Assembly (NCBI GenBank): GCA_951406725.2
Contig: OX597823.1
Coordinates: forward strand, 108,314,001-108,378,000
DNA from: Octopus vulgaris
Taxonomy: Eukaryota
Direction: 5' to 3'
DNA: 64,000 nucleotides
Shown: in pieces, positions 52,800-64,000 of the stretch
Position numbering within the stretch: position 1 is the first letter of the stretch
How the letters are laid out: the number at the start of each line of letters is the position of its first letter
Translations under genes and position numbers: made by a program
Notes under the pieces: model-generated
Databases searched by the model: none
Told to the model about the DNA's origin: nothing
What the model saw: the letters and a program-made list of their open reading frames with translations, nothing else

Positions 52800-53360
52800 A
52801 CACCAATCTACCAAACTTATATTTCTACCAAACACACCATTCTACCAAGTATGCATCTCTATCAAACACACTAATTTAGTTCACATCTCTGACAAATTCC
52901 CCACTCTACCAAACACAGGTCTCTACCAAACTCACTTCTCTAATAAACTCCTCATTCTACCAAACTCACAATTTGCCAAATGTCTCACTGTACTAAACTC
53001 ACCTCACTACCAAACACACTTCCCTAACAAACTCATCATTCTACCAAATGCTCTCCTCTACCAAACTCATATTGCGATCAAACTCCCTTCCATGCCAGAC
53101 ATTGTCAAAAGTTTACAACATTATGGGCATAGTTGAATTCTACCAAATTTATCTCTCTATTGAACACACCTCCTTACCAAACTCATTTCTATGTTAAATT
53201 CTCCATTCTACCAAATGCACCACACACTGTTAAATATATCACTCCACAAAACATACTTCCTTACCAAACTTAGCACTACCATATCACCACTCTACCAAAC
53301 ACACCAGTCTACCAAACTTACTACTCTACACCAGATTCACATCCCTTACCAAACTAACCC
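52800..53360. repeat. Degenerate ~17-20-bp minisatellite
   Basis: Core CTACCAAAC(T/A)C recurs throughout the interval. Confidence 0.8.
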
Positions 53361-53917
53361 CTGAATCATGTTTTCAGTTGAATCTTGTATCATGTGTATA
53401 TCAACCATTTTGGGACAATTTCATAGACATTTCTTGCTAATATCTGTCAAGAATGTGTCATCAGATGGGAATTCTTACTTGTCAGTGAAATGATGCATTT
53501 TGAGGGACATGTTTCAAGTAATTTAAGCATGTCATATTTATTTTGGTATCTACTTCACAAGAATTCTTAGATATTCTATGTTGAGTTAGTGTATGGATGT
53601 CAGAAAATTTGGTCTTCTGATCAAATATAATTGCAACAGTATGGCAGATGAAGCTGACTATTCCATGACATTTGGTAAAACTGTAGAATGTGAGGAACTA
53701 GCACTGGACTGTGTTTGCAAATAGAAACAGATATGGCTGAAGCAATAGAATGAATCTGATGCTGTGAGAAGAAAGAGAAGTCTGGCACTTTGAGCAGAAA
53801 GAGATGAAATGGCTTGAAGTCATAAGAAGTCGTAAGAAAGTTTAGAAACTTTGAGAATGTGAAATAATTGGTGTTTTTTTGAATGGTGAATCTGGAAGCA
53901 AATAAAGCTATAAATAA

Positions 53918-54197
53918 CATCATCATCATCATCATCATCATCATCGTTTAACATCCGTTTTCCGTGCTAGCACAGGTTGGACAGTTCGACCGGGGTCTGG
54001 GAAGCCAGGAGGCTGTACCAGGCTCCAGTCTGATCTGGCAGTATTTCTACAGCTGGATGCCCTTCCTAATGCCAACCACTCTGTGAGTGTAGTGGATGCT
54101 TTTTATGTACCACCGGCACAGGTGCCAGGGGAGGCTGGCAGTGGCCACGATCAGTTGGTGCTTTTTACGTGTCACTGGCACAGGTATCACAACTACA
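53918..54197 (-). mobile_element. RTE 3' tail copy (family C)
   Basis: (CAT)n-CGTTTAACATCCG...GGATGCCCTTCCTAATGCCAACC...GGCACAGGTATCACAACTAC. Confidence 0.9.
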
Positions 54198-55197
54198 AAT
54201 AACAGTGTGTAAATATTAGGTTAAAAATTTTTTGGATAGAAAAAGTTGAATGCTGCCTGTTGGAGGACACAAACCCTCATCTCCAATAAATATGATGGAC
54301 ATTCTACCTTCAGACCAAAGTAATCTTTTGAATTTCTCTGTCTTAGAAACTTTACTCCCATGGGCAGTCTTCAACTTTTCCTATCCAATGGGCTTTTAAC
54401 CCAATAATTTCATGCTATTATTTGTAGCTGTTTCCATTGAGATTTACCATTCCTAAAAATGAATTATTTAGTTTGATGCTTCAACCAAAGTTTCTTTAAC
54501 AGAAGTCTAATTATTTAACAGAAGTCTAATCAACAAAGTCTAATTATTTCACACTTTACATCACAATCACCAAACTGATTGGCCCCAAAATATTTCTTTA
54601 AGTTTATTATCCTTATTGCCCAAACAGACCCTCCACAGCTCATTCTAACAGAGGCCAAATTCTATCAGTTTTCTAAAACTGTACTGTTACTACCAACTCT
54701 CTGCCCTAATATCACTGAATCATAATATTTCAAAAAAATACATATGGAAATTACATCAGAAATCCATAAATCTCTCATACAGCCAATTATTGTTGTTGTT
54801 GTTGTAGCAGGAGTAATAGTAGTAGTAGTAGTAGTATTAGTAGTTGTTGTTGCTCTGTTCATTTTTCAATGAAGACAAACATGACTGTGTTATCTCACTT
54901 GGCAAGTGAGTCATCAGAGTAATTGATGAGTTGTGTTTAGAGGAATAAACTAAATGTTATTGCCAACAGCAATTAAAATATTACATGACACTTGCTTAAC
55001 TTTCCATTATACTTTTGTTTTCATGGCAACACTGTTGATATTCTTGTCAGAGGCACAAATAGGATAAAAACTGACACGAATGTAAAAAAAAAAAATATAT
55101 TTTTTGAAAATTAAACTTGGCTGAGGACACACAAGGATTTGTGTTTTAATTTGTTATTCTCATCAGAACAAAGCAACATATTCCAGGTTCACCTACG

Positions 55198-55321
55198 TGG
55201 TGATGGTGTTGTTGCTGCTGCTACTGCTGCCGCTGTTGCTGATGCTGATGATGGCAGTGATGTTGTTTGCTGATGCTGATGATGATGATTGTGATGATGA
55301 TGATGAGGATCATTTCTCTTT

Positions 55322-55364
<43 letters not shown>

Positions 55365-55410
55365 CACTACCACCACCACCACCACTACTACTACTACTAC
55401 CACCACCACC

Positions 55411-55457
<47 letters not shown>

Positions 55458-55651
55458 AACTACCACCACCACCACCACCACCACCGCCACTGCCACCGCT
55501 GCTGCCGCCACAGCCGCCACCGCCGCCACTGCCACTGCCGCCGCCGCCGCCACTGCCACTGCCACTGCCGCCGCCGCCGCCGCCACTTCCGCCGCCTCCA
55601 CCACCGCCACCACTCCCATCACTACCACCACCACCACTACCACTACTACTA
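55198..55651. repeat. Compound (GAT)n/(TAC)n/(CAC)n/(GCC)n trinucleotide tract
   Basis: Direct repeats. Confidence 0.9.
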
Positions 55652-55858
55652 ATGACTTTGCAAGAGAGAAACGACAGTGTTTTTGACCTTTCCCAGGTCA
55701 TCCTAGATTTGGCTGCCTGGTTGAGTAAGATTTTGATTTTCATAAAATTTATTTTAAATTGATTGGTGATTGAAAAACGTGGGCAGAAGGATAGTCCCAG
55801 AGATTGGGGTGGGGGGAAATATCATTTTGCAAGAAGAAATATTATACAATATTCTATA

Positions 55859-56263
55859 GGTGCAGGAGTAGCTGTGTGGTAAGTAGCTTGCTTACCAACC
55901 ACGTGGCTCCGGGTTCAGTCCCACTGTGTGGCACTTAGGACAAGTGTCTTCTACTATAGCCTTGGGCTGACAAAAGCCTTGTGAGTGAATTTGGTAGACA
56001 GAAACTGAAAGAAGCCCATCGTATATATATATATGTATATATGTGTGTGTGTTTGTGTGCCTGTGTTTGTCCCCCCAACATCGCTTGACAACTGCAGTAG
56101 GTGTATTTACGTCACCATAACTTAGCAGTTCAGCAAAAAAGACCAATAGAACAAGTACTAGGCTTACAAAGAATAAGTCCTGGGGTCGATTTGTTCAACT
56201 AAAAGGCGGTGCTCCAGTATGGCCACGGTGAAATGACTGAAACAAGTAAAAGTGTAAAAGAGT
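55859..56263 (+). mobile_element. SINE family A, full length
   Basis: Head to tail; AATATTCTA present on both sides (55848-55856, 56264-56272). Confidence 0.92.
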
Positions 56264-56525
56264 AATATTCTAACACAAACACAATATAAGAGATTTATTT
56301 ATAGGGTGGGAGGTGATGGACAAGATCCTTGTAGATTCCATAGACCTGTGACATTGATATGGTTGATATTAAAATTGAAATTATGTTGGTCAATGTCTGT
56401 TTGAGACAAAATATGGACAAGAAAGGTGAATATTTCAAAGGAATAAATTTCTGGAGAGAAATGACTGGAAAGAATGTTTAATATTGATTCTGGGTTAACA
56501 AAATAGGATGTGAATACATCAGGGT

Positions 56526-56830
56526 TCCTTCTCGAGCCATGCCTGGCTCATAGGGCCGGTTTCCCGGTTTCCTTGGCGTATAGGTTCCCCATCTGGATGG
56601 GACACCAGTCTGTCGCAGGTGAGCTGCAAGATGCAGGAGGAAAGAGTGAGAGAAAGTTGTGGTGAGTGAGTCAGCAGACGTCTGCCATTGCCTTCTGCTG
56701 GAGCCGCATGGAGCTTAGGTGTTTCGCTCATAAACACACACATCACCTGGTCTGAGATTCGAACCCGCGATCTCTCGACTGCAAGTCCGCTGCTCTATCC
56801 ACTAGGCTATGTGCCGCCATGTGCCTCCAC
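56526..56830 (-). mobile_element. SINE family D, full length, with TSD
   Basis: tRNA-like head with GGGTTCGAATCTC box B; 13-bp TSD AATACATCAGGGT at 56513-56525 and 56831-56843. Confidence 0.92.
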
Positions 56831-57016
56831 AATACATCAGGGTGGTTGTAAGGGTAATCAGTTTGGTATGTGAAGATATCAGATGCCTTTGTAGCAGCAT
56901 CATGTCTGTTTGTGGGGTAATGCTGCAGTGTATTGAGGATTAGGGGTTTGTTAATCAGCTGATTGGTGTGTGTTGTTAGAATAAAAGTGTATCAGAACAG
57001 GAATGTCCTATATATA

Positions 57017-57225
57017 TTCTTTTGTTCTTTTACCTGTTTCAGTAATCTTGACTGTGGCCATATGGAGCACCACCTTTTAGTCGAAGAAATCGCCCCTGGA
57101 TTTAATCTTTGTAAGCCTGGTACTTACTCTATTGTTCTCTATTGCTGAACTGCTAAGATACAGGGACATAAACACACCAAGATCGGTTATCAAGCAATGG
57201 TAGAGAGACAGACACAAACATTCAA

Positions 57226-57269
<44 letters not shown>

Positions 57270-57438
57270 TTGTGTGTGACAGGCTTCTTTCAGTTTCTGT
57301 CTACAAATCCACTCATAAAGCTTTGGTTGACTCGAGGCTAAAGTAGAAGACACTTGCTGAAGATGCCATGCAGTGGTACTGAACCCAGAACCATCTGGTT
57401 GGGAAGCAAGCTTCTTACCACACAGCCACACCTGCACC
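57017..57438 (-). mobile_element. SINE family A, older copy
   Basis: Reverse tail and head both present. Confidence 0.85.
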
Positions 57439-57555
57439 ACACATATATATATATATATATGTAAGTACTAAGGGTAGAAATTATTATTAAAAAATACAAT
57501 TTTATACCAGTGGCCAGCATGCATAATAAAACGTCTAAGGGCTGCAAATTATATT

Positions 57556-57697
57556 CAAATATAAGAGGAAAGCCACTAAGTGGTTTCCTTACATGCTGAA
57601 AGTAGACACCAAATGGTCTAACCATGTGGTTAGACGATTTTGGCATCTATTTTCAGCACGTAAGGAAACCACTTAATGGCTTTATATCTTATATTTG
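57556..57697. repeat. Fold-back palindrome (~70-bp arms)
   Basis: CAAATATAAGA..TAAGTGGTTTCCTTACATGCTGAAAGTAGA..GTCTAACCA / TGGTTAGAC..TCTATTTTCAGCACGTAAGGAAACCACTTA..TCTTATATTTG. Confidence 0.88.
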
Positions 57698-57700
57698 TAC

Positions 57701-57735
<35 letters not shown>

Positions 57736-57927
57736 GTTAATCCAAACAAGAAAACAAAAACAAAAAAAACAACAACGCAAGGACGTGGAACAAATAAAGT
57801 ATTACTGGACGCTCAGGAAAGAAGGGAAGAAGGAGGGTTTGACGTTTCGAGTGGGAGCTCTTCGTCAGAAACGTAGGAGAAGGAAAGATCCCGAGAAGGG
57901 AAGACGGGAAAAAAATCGCTAGTGATA
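57736..57927 (-). mobile_element. Penelope-like pLTR fragment between two (TA)n runs
   Basis: Same family as 7653 and 51470. Confidence 0.8.
57837..57872 (-). ncRNA. Minimal type I hammerhead ribozyme (PLE type)
   Basis: Minus strand gttt-CTGACGA-a-gag-ctccca-ctc-GAAAC-GTC-aaac; intact core and stem I. Confidence 0.8.
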
Positions 57928-58000
57928 CAGATATATATATATATATGTATGTATATATATATGTATATATATACATATGTATATATATATATATACATAC

Positions 58001-58070
<70 letters not shown>

Positions 58071-58625
58071 CTGGCATGGGTTGCATGGCTTGCCAAGAAC
58101 TGGCAAGTCAGAAGACTGTGCCACACTTTACTGTCTTCTTTAGCATTGTTTTTGTCGTTGGATGCCCTCCCTGAGATGCCAACCATTTTACATAGTGTAC
58201 TGGGTGACACCAGCAGTAGTGAGGTAACTTACAAAACAAAACTTTTCAACTGATGGGGAGCAGCATTGAGGGAGGTGGCTTTGTTCCAGGTGACGAGAGG
58301 AACCAAAGTTGAAAGGGGACACTGCTGTATTGCTACAAATCTTCCTGTACTTGTTCTAGTCATTGCACTCACAGCCATACTGGGACACTCTCTTCAGAGG
58401 TTCAGTAGAACAAATGAACACCAGTTGTAAAGTGGTGGAAGAGCCAAAAAGCACAAAAACACACAAACATCAATATAAACACACACATACAACAAGCTTT
58501 TACATGAGTTCTGTCTACTAAAGTCACACGCACTCACAAGGCATTGGTTGGCCTGGGACAATAGTAGAAGACATTTGCTCAAGTTTGCAATGTGGTGGGA
58601 CTGAACCTGAATGTATACATGTATA

Positions 58626-58671
<46 letters not shown>

Positions 58672-58783
58672 GGATGATCATTCCGAAATATAACAATATC
58701 TGTTTCAACACACGACTTCACATAAAAAATCTTGCACAACAAATATTTAAATGTATATATATATATATATGTATATATATAAA

Positions 58784-58925
58784 GTTAATCCAAACATGAA
58801 AACACAAAGAGAAAACACAACAATGTGAGGCCGTGGAACAAGTATAGTGTTACTGGACGCTCAGGAAAGAAGGAGGATTCAACGTTTCGCGCGAAGCTCT
58901 TAGTCAGAAACATAGAAAAAGGAAA
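58784..58925 (-). mobile_element. Penelope-like pLTR fragment with inactivated hammerhead
   Basis: Same family; the core reads CTGACTA (G8 lost) at 58877-58911. Confidence 0.75.
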
Positions 58926-59151
58926 AGGTGGGGTTGTGTTGACCACACATGGAGAAATTGATAGGAGATCGGTATACTTATTTTTTAATTTTTGTATATG
59001 TTTATTATTATATTTTTGAAAAAAACATTGTAAATTTCTTTTTCCCATTTCCTCAATTTAAAAAAAATTCTTTTCCCCTTTCAAATCTTGATAATTTGCT
59101 TTGCGATGTAAACCGGTTTGAGTTATTATTTTTTAAATTTTCCATACACCC

Positions 59152-59322
59152 ATTTTTATTAAAATTTACCATTAGCATTCTGCCTTTTTACAATTTTTCC
59201 TCTCCTATATGTATATATATCATCATCATCATCATCATCATGATGATGATATATATACATATAGGAGAGGAAAAATTGTAAAAAGGCAGAATGCTAAATT
59301 GAAGGTAAATTTTAATAAAAAT
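59152..59322. repeat. Fold-back palindrome centred on (CAT)n/(ATG)n
   Basis: ATTTTTATTAAAATTTACC..TTAGCATTCTGCCTTTTTACAATTTTTCCTCTCCTATATGTATATATATCATCAT, mirrored on the right with one small indel. Confidence 0.9.
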
Positions 59323-59339
59323 ATATATATATATATACA

Positions 59340-59489
59340 ACAGGCTTCTTTCAGTTTCCGTCAACCAAATCCATTCACAAGGCTTTGGTCAGCCTGAGGC
59401 TATAGTAGAAGACACTTGCCCAAGGTGCAATGCAGTGGGACTGAACCTGGAACCATGTGGTTGGTAAGCAAGCTACTTACCACACAGCC
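59340..59489 (-). mobile_element. SINE family A head
   Basis: CAGGCTTCTTTCAGTTTCCG...CTACTTACCACACAGCC. Confidence 0.88.
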
Positions 59490-59684
59490 CCACCAAGGTA
59501 TCAAAATAGAATATCAAAATAGCAATATATTCTCAATTGCTTTCAACCAGTTAGTAATGTAGTTGTTGTTGTTTTGCCTAAGGTTAAACTTGATCTAGCA
59601 AGTCTATAATCAAAAAGATTCTAGCTATTACCATCATATGGGCAGGAAACCTAGAACTATATTATCCAACATACCTTTTTTTTA

Positions 59685-60121
59685 TGAGGGTGTAGTGACG
59701 TTACTGTGGAAGTTTCAGTGTGCATGCGCAGAATTGGATTACTTCTGGTAGGCTGCCAGAAGTTCCCTCATGCGCATGTGCAGGAACTGCAACCTGAAAG
59801 CGTCTCCGCTAAATCTGTCATTTTTTGGAGAGCAGCCCTAACAAACGGACGTGACTAAAACTTCTCACAGGGAAAATCCTATGCATAGAGAAGCTCTCTT
59901 CGAAGCGGGAGTGGAGACCGTATCTTCTTGGCTCACCCGAGTGAACATTTGTGTACAGTCCTGTGGACTTGGCTGCCGGTTCGCTCTTAAGAAATATGTA
60001 TGTATATATTTTACCTGTGAACCCGAAGAATAAAGTACTATTTATTGTTATTGAAGACAGCCGGATTTTTGGTTCCTTTTCTTCAACTTGTATGTGACAA
60101 GATAAGACCAGACACCCCTCA
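59685..60121 (+). mobile_element. Candidate solo LTR (437 bp)
   Basis: TG...CA ends with short inverted termini TGAGGGTGT / ACACCCCTCA, a CpG-richer interior, and AATAAA about 90 nt before the end. No clear TSD. Confidence 0.5.
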
Positions 60122-61173
60122 AGTGTTCCTGAAATTTTGTTACAAGGGTGTAAATTGAGGAAGATTTGGCTGCTATTTCTACCATGCCAGTGGTCATGAA
60201 GAGATTCCCTTGTTAGCTCACACCTGTCAGAAATTAATAAGAGAGAGGTAAAAAGACTGAGAGAGAAAGGAAGAACTAACAAAGATACAGACAGAGGAAG
60301 GGAAAGAAGATAGAGAGAACAAGAGAAAAAGAAAGAGTGGCTACTTTAACGGCAGAGTGTGAAATTGGTTTCAACATAATGGAAGTACTGGAGAGATTTT
60401 TTCTGCAGAGATTAAATCTTCCAACACAAAAATTTAATAAATAGCCCGAATAGTCACTGATTTGATTTTAAACCGCTGCCATATTTTTTCACAGTGAAAA
60501 AATTTAAAAAACATTACAGTACTAAACACATGTACAAAAAAAAAACAGAAGAACCCTATCAATTTGTTTCATTTTGGTATTTATCTGCTGCTAAATGTGT
60601 TAGTTTACACAATAAATTTAATTTAAATGCAATGGTTAAAAGTTAAATAATGTGACAAATTTAAAGGTTTTTAATTTTATTGAACAGGCACTTTTTTCCT
60701 CCTTTCTTGTCCTAGCATTGTAACAGTGAAATTAATTTACTGACGAAGTAAGCAGTAAATTTTATGGAATTGAGGGAAAGTGTTGTTAAAATGATTATTG
60801 ATCGTGTAACGAAGCTGTAATTAGTGATATGGTGTGGGGAGAATTAAGTAAATGTTGATTATCCAGAATAGCTGAGATAACTTTTAAATTAAGAATCTGC
60901 GGCTTATTTTGGAATCAGTTGGGGATTTTCATCTTTTTTTTTATTTTTAATTTGTATTTTTTTTTTTCTTGTAAAGATATACACAAGGGATTTGTACCAA
61001 AATGTGAGTCATATATGTGCGTAGGTGTGTGTACATTGATTATACATACATGTAAATGTGTCTTTTGTATGTTTGTGTATATAGATATATATATAAGCAC
61101 AATCACATGTACCCATGTACATACACGCGCACACATGCTCACGCACACATGTATGTATATACATACATATATA

Positions 61174-61221
<48 letters not shown>

Positions 61222-61237
61222 GATATATAGATATATA

Positions 61238-61312
<75 letters not shown>

Positions 61313-61614
61313 GTATGAAAAAGGCAAAACTGAAGAGTTAGTTCATAATTGATTTCATTATGCCATCTTACATGTGTTTCAGTGAATATTATGGGTGGAT
61401 TACGCAGTCCTAGCAAGGTAGGTTTTCTAAGTTTTCACTTCATCGGATTCAGATATTGCTAACTATCTGTAGAATGAAACACGAACTATAACAGCTGAGA
61501 TTTATTTGGGCAGTTTTCACTTTTGATGTATGGGGGCAGCATTTGTGGAGTTTTAAATACTGGTTATATGTCATGCGATTTAAATTGCTCTACACAAATA
61601 TTTGCATGCATGTA

Positions 61615-61830
61615 TTCTTTCTTTTTTACTTGTTTCAGTCATTTGATTGTGGCCATGCTGGAGCACTGCAGTGAAGGGTTATAGACGAAGAAATCGAATT
61701 CAGGACTTATTCTTTGTGAGCCTAGTACTTATTCTATTAATCTCTTTTGCCAAACTGTTAAGTTACTAAAACATAATATACACCATCATCGATTGTCAAT
61801 CAATGGCAGAGGGACAAACACAGACACACA
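61615..61830 (-). mobile_element. SINE family A, 3' half
   Basis: TTTTACTTGTTTCAGTCATTTGA...GGGACAAACACAGACAC. Confidence 0.8.
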
Positions 61831-61857
61831 CAAATAAATATGTGTATATATATATAT

Positions 61858-62095
61858 CATCATCATCGTTTAACATCCGTTTTCCATGCTAGCATGGGTT
61901 GGACGGTTCGACCAGGGTCTGGGAAGCCAGAAGGTTGCACCAGGCTCCAGTCTGATCTGGCAGTATTTCTACAGCTGGATGCCCTTTCTAACACCAACCA
62001 TTCTGTGAGTGTAGTAGGTGCTTTTTACATGCCACCAGCACAGGTATCACAACTACAATTTCCATTTGATTTTTTGATGTTGATGTTGATCTACT
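61858..62095 (-). mobile_element. RTE 3' tail copy (family C)
   Basis: (CAT)n-CGTTTAACATCCGTTTTCCATGCTAGCATGGG... Confidence 0.88.
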
Positions 62096-63345
62096 TGATT
62101 CTGAGCCCATGTGGCACAAAGGAGCGAAGAGAGAAGATTAATCCCTGATCACGGCAAAGACTGGAGTCTGGTTGGCCCCTGTGCAAGGACAATCCAAACA
62201 CAGACAGGTGTTGTAAAGAATGACCAGTAGAGTGGAAAAGCATGAGACTGAGGTGTTGTTGCTGAGTCGGATGTCTCACAGGTGTTTCATGAACCAGTCA
62301 GCCAAGCGGCATCCCATTTGACTGATGTATAGAGAAGGACAGAGAGAGCTGGAGATAACGTTGCTAGAAGTGCAGGTGAAGGAGTCAGTGATATGATAGG
62401 GTCGATGATGGGTGCCTGTGAGGAGGGAAGTGTTGGAGAGGTAGGGGTAAGTTTGACAGCATGGGTGGGAGCAGGGGAACAAGCCAGATTGGGAGGCTGT
62501 GTTAGGGAAGAAGCTGTGGATGAAGAGGTCTCGTAGGTTAGTTGGGGAAGATGTACCAAGTGAAGGGGATTGGACTGGAGTCGCAGGAAGGCTCAGAGAA
62601 TGGTGTGTTGGAGAGGTAGGGTGGTGGGGTAACAGGTGAAGGGAAATGGGAGATGGGTGACGGTGGGGTGGGTGTGGAGGAGAGAGCAGATGCACAGTCC
62701 ATGGAACGTGCTCCGGCAAGGGCGGTGTGGATAGTGGTGAAGGGATATCCACATAGGATGAAGTGGAAAGCCATGAATTGAGACTGAGTTTCAAACCCAT
62801 GTTCATCACTGCAGAGCCTGCATAGATGGAGGAATTGTGAATACTGGGATGGAGAACTTGGTGTGTTTAGGGTGGGAGGAGGAGAAGCTGCGGTATGAGT
62901 GTGAATCTGTGTGCTTGTGGTGGATGGAGGTGGTGAGAATAGAGTGATGAATGCAGACCAAAATGTCAAGAAAGGTGACGGAAGTGTTGGAAATAGTGCA
63001 AGAGAAGTGAAGGGCAGGATGGAAAGATTGACAAAAGAGAGGAAGGAGTCTAGATGTTCACAGGAGAGTGAGGTTGCACCGATACAGTCGTCAATATAAC
63101 GACCATATAGTTTGGGAGTGGGACCAGTGAAACTTGAGAATATTTGGGCCTCAATGTAGCCAATGAACAGGATCACATAGTTGGGGCCCATTCTCGTTCC
63201 CATGGCTAATCCCGATTTCTGCTGGTAAAAATCACCTGTGAACAAGAAGCAGTTAAGTGAGAGGACAAGTTCGGCCAGATGAAGGAGTATTATAGATGTG
63301 TCAGATTAGGGGTTGGGTCATCTGTGTGTGTGGTGAGAAAGACCT
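62096..63345 (-). pseudogene. Penelope-like element RT plus GIY-YIG endonuclease, truncated and frameshifted
   Basis: FYQQKSGLAMGTRMGPNY, YGRYIDDCI, YSQFLHLCRLCS, NLRDLFIHS, FPCSHPCCQT, FTCTSSNVI..CPSLYISQ..RLADWFMKHL, LIFSLRSFVPHGL. Confidence 0.9.
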
Positions 63346-63439
63346 TGGAGGGTTTAGTCCATAATTTTGGGACTGAAATCTTTACCAACTCCAAAACAAC
63401 ACCATCGTACAATAGCAAAGATCTGTCTAGAGTAAGGAC

Positions 63440-63555
63440 TGAAAAGCCTGAAGTGTTTAGCTCAGGAAAGCAATGCATTGCCTGCTCCAGGAATTGAAAC
63501 TACAATCTTAGGATCATGAGTCCAATGCTCTAACCACAAAGCCATGCCCCTCCAT
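63440..63555 (-). mobile_element. Degenerate tRNA-derived SINE head (family D-like)
   Basis: GGAATTGAAACTACAATCTTAGGATCATGAGTCCAATGCTCTAACCAC..GCCATGCCCCTCCA. Confidence 0.55.
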
Positions 63556-63919
63556 TGAAGAGTGGTAGTAGTTGATAGAAATTGAAGCATTTTTGGTCCT
63601 AAATAGAAAAGCTAGTTTTGTGATGTAATAGAGTGTAGAGAGGCCACTGAGTAAGGGTGATGCTAAGCATTGCTGGTGACTTTGAGTATTCTAGGTATAT
63701 ACAATTCGTGCTTAATGGTGGATGGGAAGAATAGTGTTATTTTGAGATGTGCCGTGATTGTGCCTTTGTGCAGTTGATAGAAACCAGACTGGCATAATCC
63801 CACTGGAGGATGATTTTGAGGTTGTATTTCAGGGAGATAGGAAAAGTGTGTGTGTGGACATGTGAGTGTGTGTGAACTAGTGAGTGTGTGTGTATAGAAA
63901 GATAGATTAGATATAGATA

Positions 63920-64000
63920 TCTCTCTATATATAAAGCTGAAGTTGTCTGTGTATGGCAGGTTTGGTAGCCTTCAACTAACACTATCTCCTCCGAGACCCT
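63920..64000 (+). mobile_element. Possible 5' end of a non-autonomous Helitron-like element (runs off the window)
   Basis: TCTCTCTATATATAAAGCTGAAGTTGTCTGTGT resembles the TC-TATATATAAA start of such elements; the 3' end is not visible. Confidence 0.35.

Noticed and set aside
54493-54548. Short TTTAACAGAAGTCTAATTA duplication
   Set aside because: Ordinary slippage-type local tandem duplication.
56750-56830. tRNA gene (also the heads of other SINE copies)
   Set aside because: Box A/B present but embedded in 300-bp repeats with TSDs, with no complete cloverleaf or Pol III terminator; these are SINE heads.

Overview
Eukaryotic, AT-rich, repeat-saturated non-coding DNA (intronic or intergenic). 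The dense (TA)n/(CA)n/(ATAC)n/(GAT)n/(GGT)n microsatellites plus many tRNA-derived SINEs most resemble an Octopus (coleoid cephalopod) genome; this is inference from sequence style. No intact protein-coding gene is supported, and almost all ORFs in the track are translations of microsatellites. Recognisable content: (i) three tRNA-derived SINE families (A, CORE-like; B, Meta/MESC-like; D, tRNA-Arg-like head), several copies with target-site duplications; (ii) RTE-clade LINE fragments and many 3'-tail copies; (iii) two decayed mariner (Tc1/mariner) transposons with TIRs; (iv) decayed Penelope-like elements (PLEs; RT and GIY-YIG remnants); (v) MITEs, a candidate solo LTR and one candidate 201-nt exon. 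The most interesting signal is a set of type I hammerhead ribozymes (minimal ones in four pLTR copies, plus long-stem-II ones at 15221 and 20392) and many fold-back cassettes sitting inside or against (TA)n microsatellites. Also notable are templated and fold-back lesions at one position of the family A SINE. All coordinates and pairings were read by eye, so boundaries of decayed elements are approximate.
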